Below, piece after piece: positions 49,564 to 61,850 of a DNA stretch of 64,000 nt. How positions within the stretch are numbered: the stretch's first letter is position 1; every line of letters begins with the position of its first letter. The stretch comes from Camelus ferus (Eukaryota), in the NCBI RefSeq assembly GCF_009834535.1, contig NC_045702.1, positions 59,520,001 to 59,584,000 of the forward strand. The letters run 5' to 3'. A program made the position numbers and the translations under genes. The notes under the pieces are model-generated. The model did no database searches and was not told where the DNA came from. It was given only the letters and a program-made list of their open reading frames with translations.

Positions 49564-49887
49564 CAGTGGTTCTCAACCTGGCCAGTCGTAAACTCGTGAT
49601 GAAGCTTTAAAAGTACCTTATCTAGAGATGCTAATTTAGTTGACCTTTGTAGTCTAATTTGATAAGGCTGGACACTGATAAAACCAAAAAGTCCCTTAGG
49701 TGAGGTGAATATGCAGTTTGGGCGAGAACCTCGGTCCTAATCAGACAGAATTGAACATTAGCCACAGCTGTGGTTCTTTAAATGCATCAAAATCACCTGG
49801 AGAATTTGTTAAACCCCAGATTGATGGGTCCCACCCCCAGAGTTTCTGATTGGTAGGTTTGGGGGAGGGTGGGAGAATTGCATTTCC
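49564..49887. mobile_element. Two tandem MER5A-like MITEs, the second truncated
   Basis: cagtggttctcaacctgg...; gcatcaaaatcacctggag...ccacccccagagtttctgatt. Confidence 0.75.
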
Positions 49888-52399
49888 ATTGGTCTAAAAG
49901 GAGCTACGTATTTTCATTGTAAAGACTTCTACTCACCTGCGCGACTTTCTTTAACGAACTTTTCAGATCTCCTACTTAGTTTCTGATCTTTGCCAGAGCT
50001 GGGGATGTGGCAGAGTAAGACGCCTGCAAGGAGGTCATGGTCTTACATCTCTCGAGCTTCCCAATGTAAGAGGAGAGCTTTTCTTTACATTTTCTTCTTC
50101 CTGTTGGTATCCCTCATTTTATGTAGGTTATGAGTGTTCCCTTCCACCACCCTCTGTTAGACCTAGCCACTATTTTGAGTGCACAGCTCTGTACCACTGC
50201 AGTTTGTTCAAGTATTGAGCGTACAACTTTGCCTTGGTTCTAGTGTAAGAAAGCCAGTTTTAAAAATATTCCTGCTTGTAGAAAAACCTTTCCCTGTATC
50301 CTCCTTTTGGCTGCTGGAACTCAAGTTAAAATGAGAGTGAATTTATTTGCGCTGAAAGGTATCTTTCGGGTTCTTCTTGCCGTGCTGCCCACTAGCCCTT
50401 TTTAAAAACTAGTCATTGAAGTTGTCTTATTGTTGGCTGTTTTTTTTTTTTTTTTAAATATCTAGGATGTACCTAGCTAATATATATGTTTTGCAAATAC
50501 TTTTGATAACCTATTTAAACCATATATAATGTTTGTTTTGTCAAAAATTTTCTGTGGAACATAGATTTATGGAATTGATCTGAAATTTCTATATTGTCGT
50601 TAAATAAAGGTAAACTCCTAGTTTAGGGGGGAAAAGGTATAATGTGTAGTTTTTCCAGTTCTTACCCCTCCCTCTCTCCCTTAAGCTGCATTTGATGTGA
50701 ATGTTAGCTGCTTGTGTGTAAAAATCTCTGCTACATTGAGTTAAATAGCAAATAGTAATATTTCACAGTCATCTACCAAGAACTGTTTTTTGTTTTTTGT
50801 TTTGGTGATTGACTCCCAGACTATGTTTGAAAATTACTTTATTTAAAACTCTTGATATAAAAATTTTGTTTTACTGGTAGCCTCTATTTTTATAAACGCA
50901 AATTCAGAAGAGTAATGATAAAGCAAATCAAGCAATTAGATTGGAAGAAAAGTGGCTGTAAATATCTACATGCTATTATTATATGAGAGCTGTGTATTTA
51001 TGTATAAAACAATGAAAATCAGCCTTCTGGAAAAACTCAAGTTTGATGAATCTTCTGAAGCCCAGTCAATTAAGGCTTGTCAGGTGATGCAGCGTGTGCT
51101 TGTTGAGCAGCTGTTCTGAGTTAGCTTCAAAAGGGAGGCTGCAGTTCTTGGCTCCCTTTTTGCAGCTCAGAGAGCTTGCTGGATTTTGGTTTTGCCACCA
51201 GGTAGACTCCACCCGAGTCACCTTCAGAACACCGGCACTTCTAACTGTAACTGAAGATTGTCTTCAGTAAAGCTGTGCAGGTGTTCTTCCTTCATCAAAA
51301 CAAGAAGATAGGAATGGGAGGTAGAAGTAGAAATGGGAATTCTGAATAGCCTTCCTGCACTGGGAAACTAAATGGAATTCATGCAGAGGTGAGGCCCAGG
51401 AGGCTGGTAGCAATTTTTTGAATCCATACCCTTATTGAACTATGGTTATCTGTACTTGAATAGAATGTGCCTAGGACCTAACATGTATTTCAGTGGGCAT
51501 CAGGGGAAGTCCATAGTGGTCATTAACCATTTGCTGTACCTGGAACTTTGAGTCTATTTTCGAGAAGTAACATTGGGTGGGGCTAGGATAGCACAGGGGA
51601 TGAGTTTGAGAGACCTTAATGTGTGTTTAGTGGTTTGATGAATTCTTTTGAATACCCATGAGTTTCTTTTCTCTCCCCTCTCCTAATTTCTCCCTTCTCA
51701 AGTTATGAACCATGTTACTCATCAGCTAGACTTTTAAAAGAATAGGCATAGTAGCATATAAACACCTTTTGATAAACAATACAAGTGATGGATACCCTTT
51801 ATTGAGTGCTTTAACTGCGTGGCCTTTTTGGTGCTAAGCACTTTATGTCATTATCTCCTATCACCCTTTCAACCATCTGGGACTTCCCATTTTATAGGTT
51901 AGGAAAGCATTTTAATACCTTGCTGCTAAAATAACATTCCATCTTTGCAATCTTATAATGAACACAGGGTGATATGGTAAAGACTTTGATACATATATCT
52001 ATTACAACCAGGTAATCAGAACACACACACCACCCACTTTAGCGTTACACCACACCAACTCTTCAGAAAGGCCATCTTAATGCTTCACTGGATACCTGAT
52101 AAATAGCATCTAGGGTTTGAAGACTGGGGAGAAGGGAGGAAAGAGAGGTCAGGGACTAGCTCAAGGTCACACTACTCGTGAGTTCAGAGGTCAGGCCAGC
52201 CCTCCAATCAAGGGTGGTCTGACACTGAAGCCATGTTCTTAACCACTGGCACTGGATAGAAACTACAAACTGGTATTAGGAGAAACTGGGAGATTCTTGA
52301 TCTGTAGGCATGTGTTGTTATTATTAGTGGTTAATGTAAGTTACCAGAAGTTTGAAGCTGCCAACAATGTAGTTCAGTGAGAAAACCAACACAGTAGGA

Positions 52400-52650
52400 G
52401 CTAGAAGGTTTGGAATCTGATCTCAGCTCAGAAAACATTTAGAGATAAAAGTACAAATTGGTCCTAAATCTGACTTTTGGGGAAATAAGTGATCCTTTCT
52501 GAGTCTTGGTTTCCCCTTCTGTAAAATGGGGGTAATAGAATGCTCTCCCTGAGTCTCAGATTTGCTGTGAGAATCTAATGAAGTAATAGTCATGCTTTGA
52601 AAACTGTAAAGGGTTCTATACACGTTGGGTGACATGACTTACAAGTGTTG
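52400..52650 (+). mobile_element. MIR SINE
   Basis: ttggtttccccttctgtaaaatgggggtaatag. Confidence 0.7.
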
Positions 52651-53882
52651 GCCACTACATGGATTGTGCTTCTGACCCTGGGACAGTTAGAGTGAAAGCT
52701 TGCTTTCTGTCATGGAGGTGTAGCCCTCGTGGTGAGCGCTGAATGTGTGTTCCAGGATCAGGAAGTAGAAGAATGCTGTGGGAATTTAGGGCGGAGGAAG
52801 TTCACTCTGAAATAGCAGTGCCCAGAGAAGGCTTTATGAAGCGCATGGCAGAATGAATTAATTTGATTTTAACGGGTGTGTGCTGTTCAGATGGAGCAAG
52901 AATAGTTCACTCTGTGGAAATTTACCTTTGCTTTAAAAGGAAGCCCAGTTAAGTGCTGAGGGTCACCGTATGCCTCTTAAAAAATGTGATTTGTGGAACT
53001 CAGAGGGAATTTCTTTGCTCTTACAGAAGAGGATGGAGGCATTTTCTGCTGTCCCATGTTCTCTAGCTGTGTTTGTCCTACCCTTCCTTCCTCAGAATAC
53101 AGACCTGAAAGGAGGGATCTTAAGACTGTTAGATCAGTGCTATCATCAGTCCTAGGTTAGTTAGCAGTCTTTTTTCCCCATTAATTGAACAGTGGAGAAC
53201 ACTAATTTAAGATTTTAAAAAGATTACAAATTTTTATGGATAAAAATAGCATTGCTGATTATAAGTACTCAGCTGAAGTTAAGAGAGTTATCAGTCTTGC
53301 ATAGGGAAACAGGGTGACCAATGAACTGGTTTCAGCAGAACTACCTCTCCCATTCCAGTGATTAGTTAATAAAATTATTCCTGACAGTGGCGGCCAAGGA
53401 GCTCAGGCAGTTACATATTTAGAGACAGAGAACCCATTGTCCAGAGATCTCAGAAGAGCCTTTGCAAACACACAGAAGGGATTTAGAACAATTTGCATAA
53501 ATCTCCCTGTGGATAGCGACATGGCTCCAGTATTGGGGGTGGTTCCAGGAACCCCTCCTTGGCTGTATCATGGGGTGACGCTGTGCTTGGTGAGAATTCA
53601 GTCTTAGGACGGGTTTTGCCAGCAGGATTGGGTGATGGGATGCTGAATAAGCCCACTGTTTGGTTCCACATAAGGACTCTTTTGTGTTGGCCTGGGGCAG
53701 CCACGTTCAGGTTTGTCGTCTTTTCCCCCTGTGATGTTTTTGGACTTTGTGGGCTGGAGAATTAAGCACAACACCTATTCTGAGACAATCTGTCAAATTT
53801 TGGTCTTGAAAGGTAACCATAGCCCCTTGTGTTCTAGAATGTGGTGAATAAAAGTCATACATTTGGAGACTTAAGATTTCTT

Positions 53883-54014
53883 TTTTTGTATTGAAGTGTA
53901 GTTGATTTATAATGTTAGTTTCAGATGTACAACATTGTTATTCAATTTTTTATAGATTATACTTCATTTGAAGTTATTAGAAGACAATGGTTATATTTCC
54001 CTGTGCTGTACAAT
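53883..54014 (-). mobile_element. Short L1 3' end with degenerate ~20-bp TSD
   Basis: ttgaagtgtagttgattt...ccctgtgctgtacaat; flanks ttggagacttaagatttctt and ttggagacttgtggtttctt|aaa. Confidence 0.8.
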
Positions 54015-55549
54015 TGGAGACTTGTGGTTTCTTAAAGGTCGGGAGAGGAGACTTGGCTTCGCATGCCCAGATAGCTGGGCATTCACGCCTGTTTGTTGTG
54101 GAACTTTGCGAAGTAACTTCCTTTTGTTTATTAATACTATTTGCCTTACTCATTAACTTCGTTAAGAATTTTGTTCTCTTGCATAGGTAACAAACAAGCT
54201 ATACTTTAATATTCCCCTATGAAAGGGTGTGGGTCACTCTGGGGTGTAGTTTAAAATGCCAGGTGGTTACAAATCTGTTTCAGCTTTTCTTTTTCTTTGT
54301 TTTGAAAAAAAAATATTAAATACTACCTATCAGGAGTTTTACTGGTTTATTGCACAGAATGTTATCATTCTGGAAGCCACATACACAGTCTGATTTAAAA
54401 TCCAGAGAGTAGTGTATGCACTGGGGATATTTAGTGCTTTAAGTACGAAAATGAAATCCACTAATTTCTAACCTGGAGTTTATTTTCTTTCAGTCTGCTA
54501 GCTTGATTTCTCAGCTTTGTTCTAATAATNNNNNNNNNNNNNNNNNNNNNNNNNNNNNNNNNNNNNNNNNNNNNNNNNNNNNNNNNNNNNNNNNNNNNNN
54601 NNNNNNNNNNNNNNNNNNNNNNNNNNNNNNNNNNNNNNNNNNNNNNNNNNNNNNNNNNNNNNNNNNNNNNNNNNNNNAGCAGCTCTTTATTTCATTGTTA
54701 GATTTTTAAAAAATCCCCTCAAGTATCTTTACTAAAGACGTATGAAAGAGATCCTTTATAATTTTGTCTGTTTTAAAAAATGTATCAGATACTTGTAGGC
54801 AACAGTTAGTTTGTGACGGCTGCATGATTTATATTTTAATTTCTTTTGTCTCACATGGTGCCAGGTATTAAAAAGGAATTGCTGGGGGATTTAGTCTCAC
54901 AACCCATTTACCTTTATCAGGATTGACCTGTGCAGTTTGATGATATGAATGCTTTTTCTCCTAAGAAGTTTAAAGCTCTTTGTAAACATCTTAGTAATCC
55001 TTCATTCATCCGGAGGGGACTGTCATTGTCTCTCTTTGTAGAACCTTGCTGTTGGTACCATCACCATTATTGTCAGATCATTTTACTACAACTGTGATGC
55101 CCCTGAGGAGGCCTCAGTTATGAGTAAGGGTAGATAAGACATCACAACAGACACCATGCAAGTTCCTTTCCTTAGTTTCTTATACTTTGCTCTACTTTGT
55201 GATTTTGGGCACCGAGTGATTAATACGCCAATAAAAATCTACCTCAGGTCCCAAACACGAACCACTTTTAAAGTTGACTGGTATTACTCAAAAAAGAAAA
55301 GGCTCCTTTTGTAAAGATTTTACAAAGTGTTTTAAAATACTGAAATTTTAAAAAGTATGTAGGTGGGCCTTTTCTAAGCATGGTGAAAGGGTAGCCGTGC
55401 TGTATATAAAGAGGACCAAGGCTTCAAGTGAGAAGCTTGTCCTGCTGCTGTGTACCAAATATATGGCTTACAAAGCTGTTAATTCTGTGAGCATCACTTT
55501 CCTCATCAAAATGTGTTACTATTTAAAAAACTGAGAAATCAGGGAATTT

Positions 55550-55850
55550 GAATACTGATAGGATTATATGATATTAAGGAATTCTTATGAATTGATTTTT
55601 TTAGGCTGGGTAATGGTATTTTGAATATGGAAACTGTAAAAGAGTCTTTTTCTTTAAGACTGTATACACTTAAGTATTTACAGATGAGATTAGGATACAT
55701 GAGATTTGCTTTTAAATAATCCAGTTTTGGTGGGGTAGGAAAAATAAATGGGCAGTGCGATGATTAACTTTTGCAGTTGGGAAATGGAATGTCAGGTTTA
55801 GTATACTATTCACTTTACTTTGTATATATTTGAGAATTTCTTATGTTACA
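55550..55850 (+). mobile_element. Old L1 (L1ME/MD-like) 3' end
   Basis: tacacttaagtatttacagatg...gagatttgcttttaaataatccag...ctttgtatatatttgagaattt. Confidence 0.7.
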
Positions 55851-57439
55851 AAAATTGTAAATCTCAATGAAAAAACTTGAAGATGGTTTGCATTAGATAT
55901 TGATTCAGTAAATGATTAAAATTAAATAATTCAAACTAAGAGATGAAGACTCCAAAAGAAAATGGTTAAATAATAAGCAGAATATGAGAAAAAAGAGTAA
56001 ATTTGTCGGGTGGATTAGATCACACATAGAAAAGCAGAATTCTTTATAAGTTTGTTTGTTGCCCAGAAAGGTCAATACAGTGTAGAGATTCTAAGGTGGA
56101 AAAGGATTCTGGATAATGAAAATCCAGAAAACAGACACTCAGGTGTTTCTGGCCTAGACGGGCGTCTATTTCTGTGCTTGTTGGCCCCCTTGGTTGGGCT
56201 GAGGTGTGTATGAGGGAACCGTAGACGTTTTTAGCGTGTGAATCTGAGGTCTCTGCTTGTGAAACCCAACTGATGGGATTCTGGAAGACCACTGTAGAAG
56301 AGCACGTGAGTGGTTGCTGCAGAGCCTGGAGAGATGAATAAAACCTGTTAAGTCGAGCTGGCAAAGTCATAATCATTCTCTGAACTCAGAATCTGTTACT
56401 TCGGTTTTCTGAACCAGCAATGGTCGTGGGCATCCTTCTGACAGGAAATGGGAGCAATGTAGAGTATCCCAGTAGATGGTGCATCTTAGATACTTACTGG
56501 TATTTGGTGTGATTCAGGGCAAAGGCTCCAGTTAAAAGCTGTGTCCACCTTTTGAGACCACGTGGTAGCTGGTGAGGCTAGGTTAAGATCCTACTTTGAA
56601 ACAACATATCTTTTCCGCTGCTACATCTTAGCAGTAGGCAAGTCTTGACTGGAGACAAATGATTGATCAGGTGGACCCAGGGAGGGTAGGAGTCTGTGCC
56701 GAGTTCTGGAGAGCCACCTGTGGGTGGGGCTTCTGCCTCAGTGGGCCTGTAGGCTGGGGTGGAATCTTTGGGACCAGACAGGGAAGTGCTGTCTTCCCTT
56801 GGGGTGGCTAGGACTCCATGGCTTTTGAGTGAGAGTTCCATATGACTTAGTCTGATGGGGTGATGTGGGGGTAACTGTCCCTGAAGAAAACAGTGATCAG
56901 CAGTTTCTGGAAGGGATTGTGGATCTGGCAAAAGTTCGGGTGATCTCATCAAGCTCGGGTAGTGTGGTACCAACGCAAATCCATCTTGGCTCAGCACGCT
57001 GAGGATCTCTTGTTTATTCTCGACCGCAGATGGTGTTGTGGTGGGGGAAGAATAGGGAGCGAGGCGCTCTGGGGGCCATGCCAGGCACGTCTCCGCTGTG
57101 GCCCGGCTTTTCAGTAAAGTGTGGATCAGCAGTGAGCACTCTATAAACCGACTATGCTGATTTTCAGACTTGTTCCTTCCTTATAAATATCCCAGCCTTC
57201 TCTCTGCTAAACTAGTTAGATGATTCTTCTGTAGCCTTGGAGAGGTAGAGGTTTCATTCAACCCTTTGGACCAGATGTGCTGGTGGCAGGGGAGCTGGCA
57301 GCTGTGGAGATCAGAAAGAGCTAGTGGAGCCGAAGCAGACAGGGAAGAAGGGTTTGGGAGGGCTAAAATGGGCCCAGTTGTGGCTTACTTTATGTTTTTG
57401 AGAGGAGTTAAAATCAATTCCACTTTTCTTTTTCTGAAG

Positions 57440-59030
57440 TTGCTTACTGTATGTTGAGCACAGTGTCAGATGTTGGGAATATAAAGATGTATTAATAATG
57501 GCTCCATCCCTTAACTATGTGCCTATGTATGCACGTTAGTGTAAAAACAAAACAAAACCAAACCCGTAATATGGTTGATGTGCGTTATATAGCATTCATT
57601 AGCAGGAAGATGATGTGGGGCTAATTACATCTTCCTAGAGAGGGTCATTGAAGTTATACGGAGGTGGTGACATATGAACTGGACTCAAAGATAAGTAGGT
57701 ATTTATCAGATGGAGAAGTAGAGGAGGGTTGTGGAGCAAAGGAAGACCATTCCAAGCAAAGGAGAATAGCATGAGCAAAGCAAAGAGCTCTGAGTGCCAG
57801 CTGTGGGGGTGACCTGGAGCACAGGGTCTTGGGCAGTGGTACTAGAATGACAGGCGGGGTGGGACTTGGTGTCAAACATCCCCAGCCTAAGGCTTTTTTT
57901 TTTTTTTTTTCATGCAGACTATTCTTGCGAAATGTGGAGGGTAGTGTTTTGTCTGAATGTAGAAGTTGAACTCTAGATGTAATCGGGTTTGTTTCTAACC
58001 TAACATTACCATGGGTTTTTCCCCTGCCTAACGCTTTCCATGCGGCTTCGTGTTAAACAGGTGTGTATTGAGTACTTACTTACTGAGTTTAAATAAAGCG
58101 TCATGAAACTTTGCAGTGAGCGGGATGTGCAAAAAAGAATAAGCAAAGACCATATCTTGAAAGAGTTCAGATTTTATACAGAAGACCAGATTTACAGGCC
58201 TGTAGAAGGTTAAAAAAAAAAAAAAAAAAAAACTAAGTCAGCATACTCAAGGGTCACTTGTGTGGTTAAAGCAAAAGCCACAGGAAGTGGGAGGAGGGAG
58301 CAGTCCCTGCAGTGGTGAGAGGTCAGAGAAGTCTCCTTGAGAGGGGGTTTGAGGAGCCTCAGGGGTGCGTGGGAGCTGGGGAGGCACAGAGGAGGGCAGC
58401 CGAGGGTTCTGGGGAGCAGGTCCACGTTGGAGAGAAGGCCTGGAGATGGGTTTGGGAGCAAACAGCCTCTCCGGATGGAAGGATTTTTGCTTATTCTTCA
58501 AATGTTTATTTAAATTCAACTCTGCCAAGGAGTCTGCCAAATATTACAGGGTGTGGGTGACAAAATTAGAAAGATAATTGGGAGTTTGGCATTTCTGCTA
58601 AACAATAGCAAGCCATTGAAGGTTTTCTGAGTTATGTAGTGACACTGGAGGGTGGGTTTGAGATTTGATTGGTGCAGCAAGGCCACAGGTTAGGCAGCTT
58701 TGGATGTAATCCTGGTGTGAGGCCCTAATAACTTGATGAGGGTTGTGGCAGCAGGGGGAATGGAGAATGGGCAAGTTCAAGACGTTTTGAAGGACTGTCT
58801 GATGAAAATGACTGATCTTGTATAGTGGATGAGAGAGAGCAGTGGGTAAATATGACCACTGGATAGATTTGCAGGGTGCAGGGTGGTGCCAGTAATAAAA
58901 ATGGAGAAATTGAGGAGACAACCATTAGCTCAAGGAGGGAGCCAAGCAGGTGATGCTTACTGTCCAGAAGTACGGAGCTGGAAGCAACTAAATGCCTGTA
59001 GTGTGAGATGTGGAAGATGGGAAGACTGGA
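57440..59030 (-). mobile_element. Fragmented L2 (~57440-57890 and ~58270-59030)
   Basis: cttactgtatgttgagcacagtgtcagatgttggg; purine-rich L2 body; interrupted by T and A runs. Confidence 0.7.
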
Positions 59031-60482
59031 CAAGGGAAATAGGTTATATTACAATCTGTAATAGTAATATCTAGTGATGCACACTTGGATTTTATAATTA
59101 TTCTTTGTTAACGAAAGCATAGTACGTATGTTAAATTTTTTGTAGACAAATTTGGAAAAACAGGTTTTTTTTGAAAACCTTTTTTCTTATGACAGAATGA
59201 TTCACTCTGAAAATTTAAAAAGCAGATTGTGAAGAAAAGTCACTGTGTTCCATATATATTTATATCTATATGTTTATATATACATATATCCATTTCCTAC
59301 TCTTTCTCTCCGTTTCTCTGTCTCTATAATGAATATAATTTTTTTCCTTAGCGGGAGGAAAAATACTGTTTCATGCTCATTTTTTTCCCTCAGCTAATAT
59401 GTTGTGAATATCTTTTCCTATAATTGAATGCATCTCTGCAGTATTTTTATTGCTGTGCTGTTCCTGTGTATAGCTGGTTTACCGTAATTTGTCTAGCCAC
59501 TCCTTATTATTGGATGTTTAGTTGTCTTCTCTGTTTTACTATCGTAAAACTGTAATGAATACCCTTGAACCTACATTTTTCATATAGCTAGCATTTTCTT
59601 AGGATACATTTATAGAAGTGGCATCATTGGATTAAAGAGTAGGTTTACAACATTTTACAGTTTTTGATTCTGGGCAGACTGCCTTTCAAGAAGGTTGTAT
59701 CCATACACATTCTGGTAGGAGTATAGAAGTTTACTTTTCTCCACATTTTGTTGTCGACTCAGATTATTCAAAAAATACAGCAGCAACAATAAAAGACCTT
59801 TCTGCCAACTCGTTAGTTGAAAAATTGAATCTTATTTTAAATTTGTTTTTTAATCAACATCAATATATTTATTCACTATTTGTAATTCTTAATTACATTT
59901 AAAATTTTTTATTTTAAAAACATATAGAAAGTAGAATAGTAAACACCCACATAACCAATACCTAATTTAAATTACATTTGTCATATTAGTTTCACATATA
60001 TGTGTGTGTGTGTGTATACACACACACACTGGTATATTTCAGTGTAAGTTAGCTATCATCATAATTCACCCTAAATTTCAGGATCTAGCTCCAAATAATA
60101 ACAGTTTCCCTCATGGCCATAATATATATCATTGTGCACTTAATGCAATGAATACTAATTCCTTAATTACATGAAATACTTGATCTGTATTCAAATTCTT
60201 AATTATATTTTATTCCTCCCTTATCACAGGGAAGTGAGGGAAAGAATTTGGTCAGATGCTGTGATCAAGTGTGCACAGCATTTCCCAGTAGCAGGGAAAC
60301 AGCTGAGGAGAGTGTCCTTCAGCCCTTAGATGTGAATGATTTGTGGCGAAAACGGGTGACTGGATGATTCTGGTTCTGACCTGGCTTGTTCACAGTTGAG
60401 TGTTCAGTGTAGTGACAGCTTCCTTTCCTTGGCTACTGTATTCTTCGGTGTGGTGGGTGTTTCTTGATGGTGACAATTGGTT

Positions 60483-60963
60483 TCTTAGTCAGGGTTCTCC
60501 AGAGAAACAGAACCAGTAGGAGATCTCTCATCTCTAGTTCTGGCTGTTTATCCCTCTAATGAGGTTTATTATGAGATACTGGTTTACCCCCTCCATTTTG
60601 GAGGCAGAGAAGTCCCATGATGTCCTGTCTGCAAGCCAGAGACCCAGGAAAAACTGTGGTGTAATTCAGTCCAAGTCTGAAGGCGTGAGCAGCAGTGGGG
60701 GCTGATGGTGTAAATCTCAGTCTGAGGGCCAGAGAAGATGGGTCCCAGCTCAAGCAAAGGGGCAGGTAAAGGAGCGAATTCTCCTTTCCTCCACCTTTTG
60801 TTCTGTTGGGCCCTCAATGGATTGGGGAGGCCAGTCTGCTTTACTGAGTCCACCGATTCAAATGCCAGTCTCATCCAGAAACACGCTCACAGACACACCC
60901 AGAAACAGTGTTTCATCTGGGCACCTCTTGGCCGGTCAATGTGACAGAAAATTAACCATCACG
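60483..60963 (-). mobile_element. MLT2 (ERVL) solo LTR, MLT2B/D-like
   Basis: ttagtcagggttctccagagaaacagaacca...ctcacagacacacccagaaa...aaaattaaccatcac. Confidence 0.92.
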
Positions 60964-61850
60964 ATTAGTATTATACTCAGTTCTGCAGAGAGTCCTGAAA
61001 GCCTCCCCATTTCATAAGTATACGTTTAATCATACTAAAACGTCTACAGATTGTGAGGGAGAGAAGCTTTGGGTCATTTGTAAAAATCTGTTCCCAAAGA
61101 AGGATTAAAGAACATTTTAAAGATTCAGCGGCTGTGAGGTGTAGTCCACTCCCCTGACAGGGACCCTCTGCTCACTGCTGCAAGGGTGGCAGAGCTGCCC
61201 TTGTCAGCGTATTCTTCTTCGGGTCTGCCTCTGTCCATCAGTCTAAGGAAGAACCTTTAACATCCTTGCTATAATCACAAGGCAGACCACCCCAGCCTTT
61301 GTAATGAGCTGATTTTGAAAACTGAAGAAAACTTGTTTTTTATGTCCAGATTAACATATTCTTACATTTGAGATGATTTCTTTATCACCTCTAAAAGATG
61401 AGGCAGATAAAATATCAGATTTTTCATTGTAAACTATTTATTGAGGTATAAATCAAGCTCCCAGATTGTAAATGTCCAGCTCCCTGAATGTTCACAAAGA
61501 GACCCCCCCCATGTTGCCTGCACCCCAGAAGCCATCTGATGCCCCTTTGGTCAATACCCACCCCTCCCCAGGGTAACCAGTTGTCTGACTTCTATCACCA
61601 TACATTAGCTTTGCCTGGTATTCAACTTTATGTAAATATGATCAGACAGTCTGTATTCTTGTGTCTGTTTTCTTTCACTCTTCTTTTATTTGTAAGATTC
61701 ATCCACGTTGTCGTGTGTAGTTGGTGTTGGTCTCATTGCTGTGTTGTATTCCATCGTGTGACTATACCACAATTCATTTAAACATTTTTTTGTTGGTTGA
61801 CTTTTGAGTTATTTTCCGCTATTTTACTCTCCAAAGTAATGCTGCCATGG

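Noticed and set aside
49887-49975. Possible mariner-type MITE (aacgaactttt motif)
   Set aside because: Terminal inverted repeats could not be established; similarity too short.
18-54709. ORFs containing long X runs
   Set aside because: Open only because N bases hide stop codons.
60004-60029. 26-bp palindrome (TG)n-TA-(CA)n
   Set aside because: A common by-product of adjoining microsatellites; too short to be notable.
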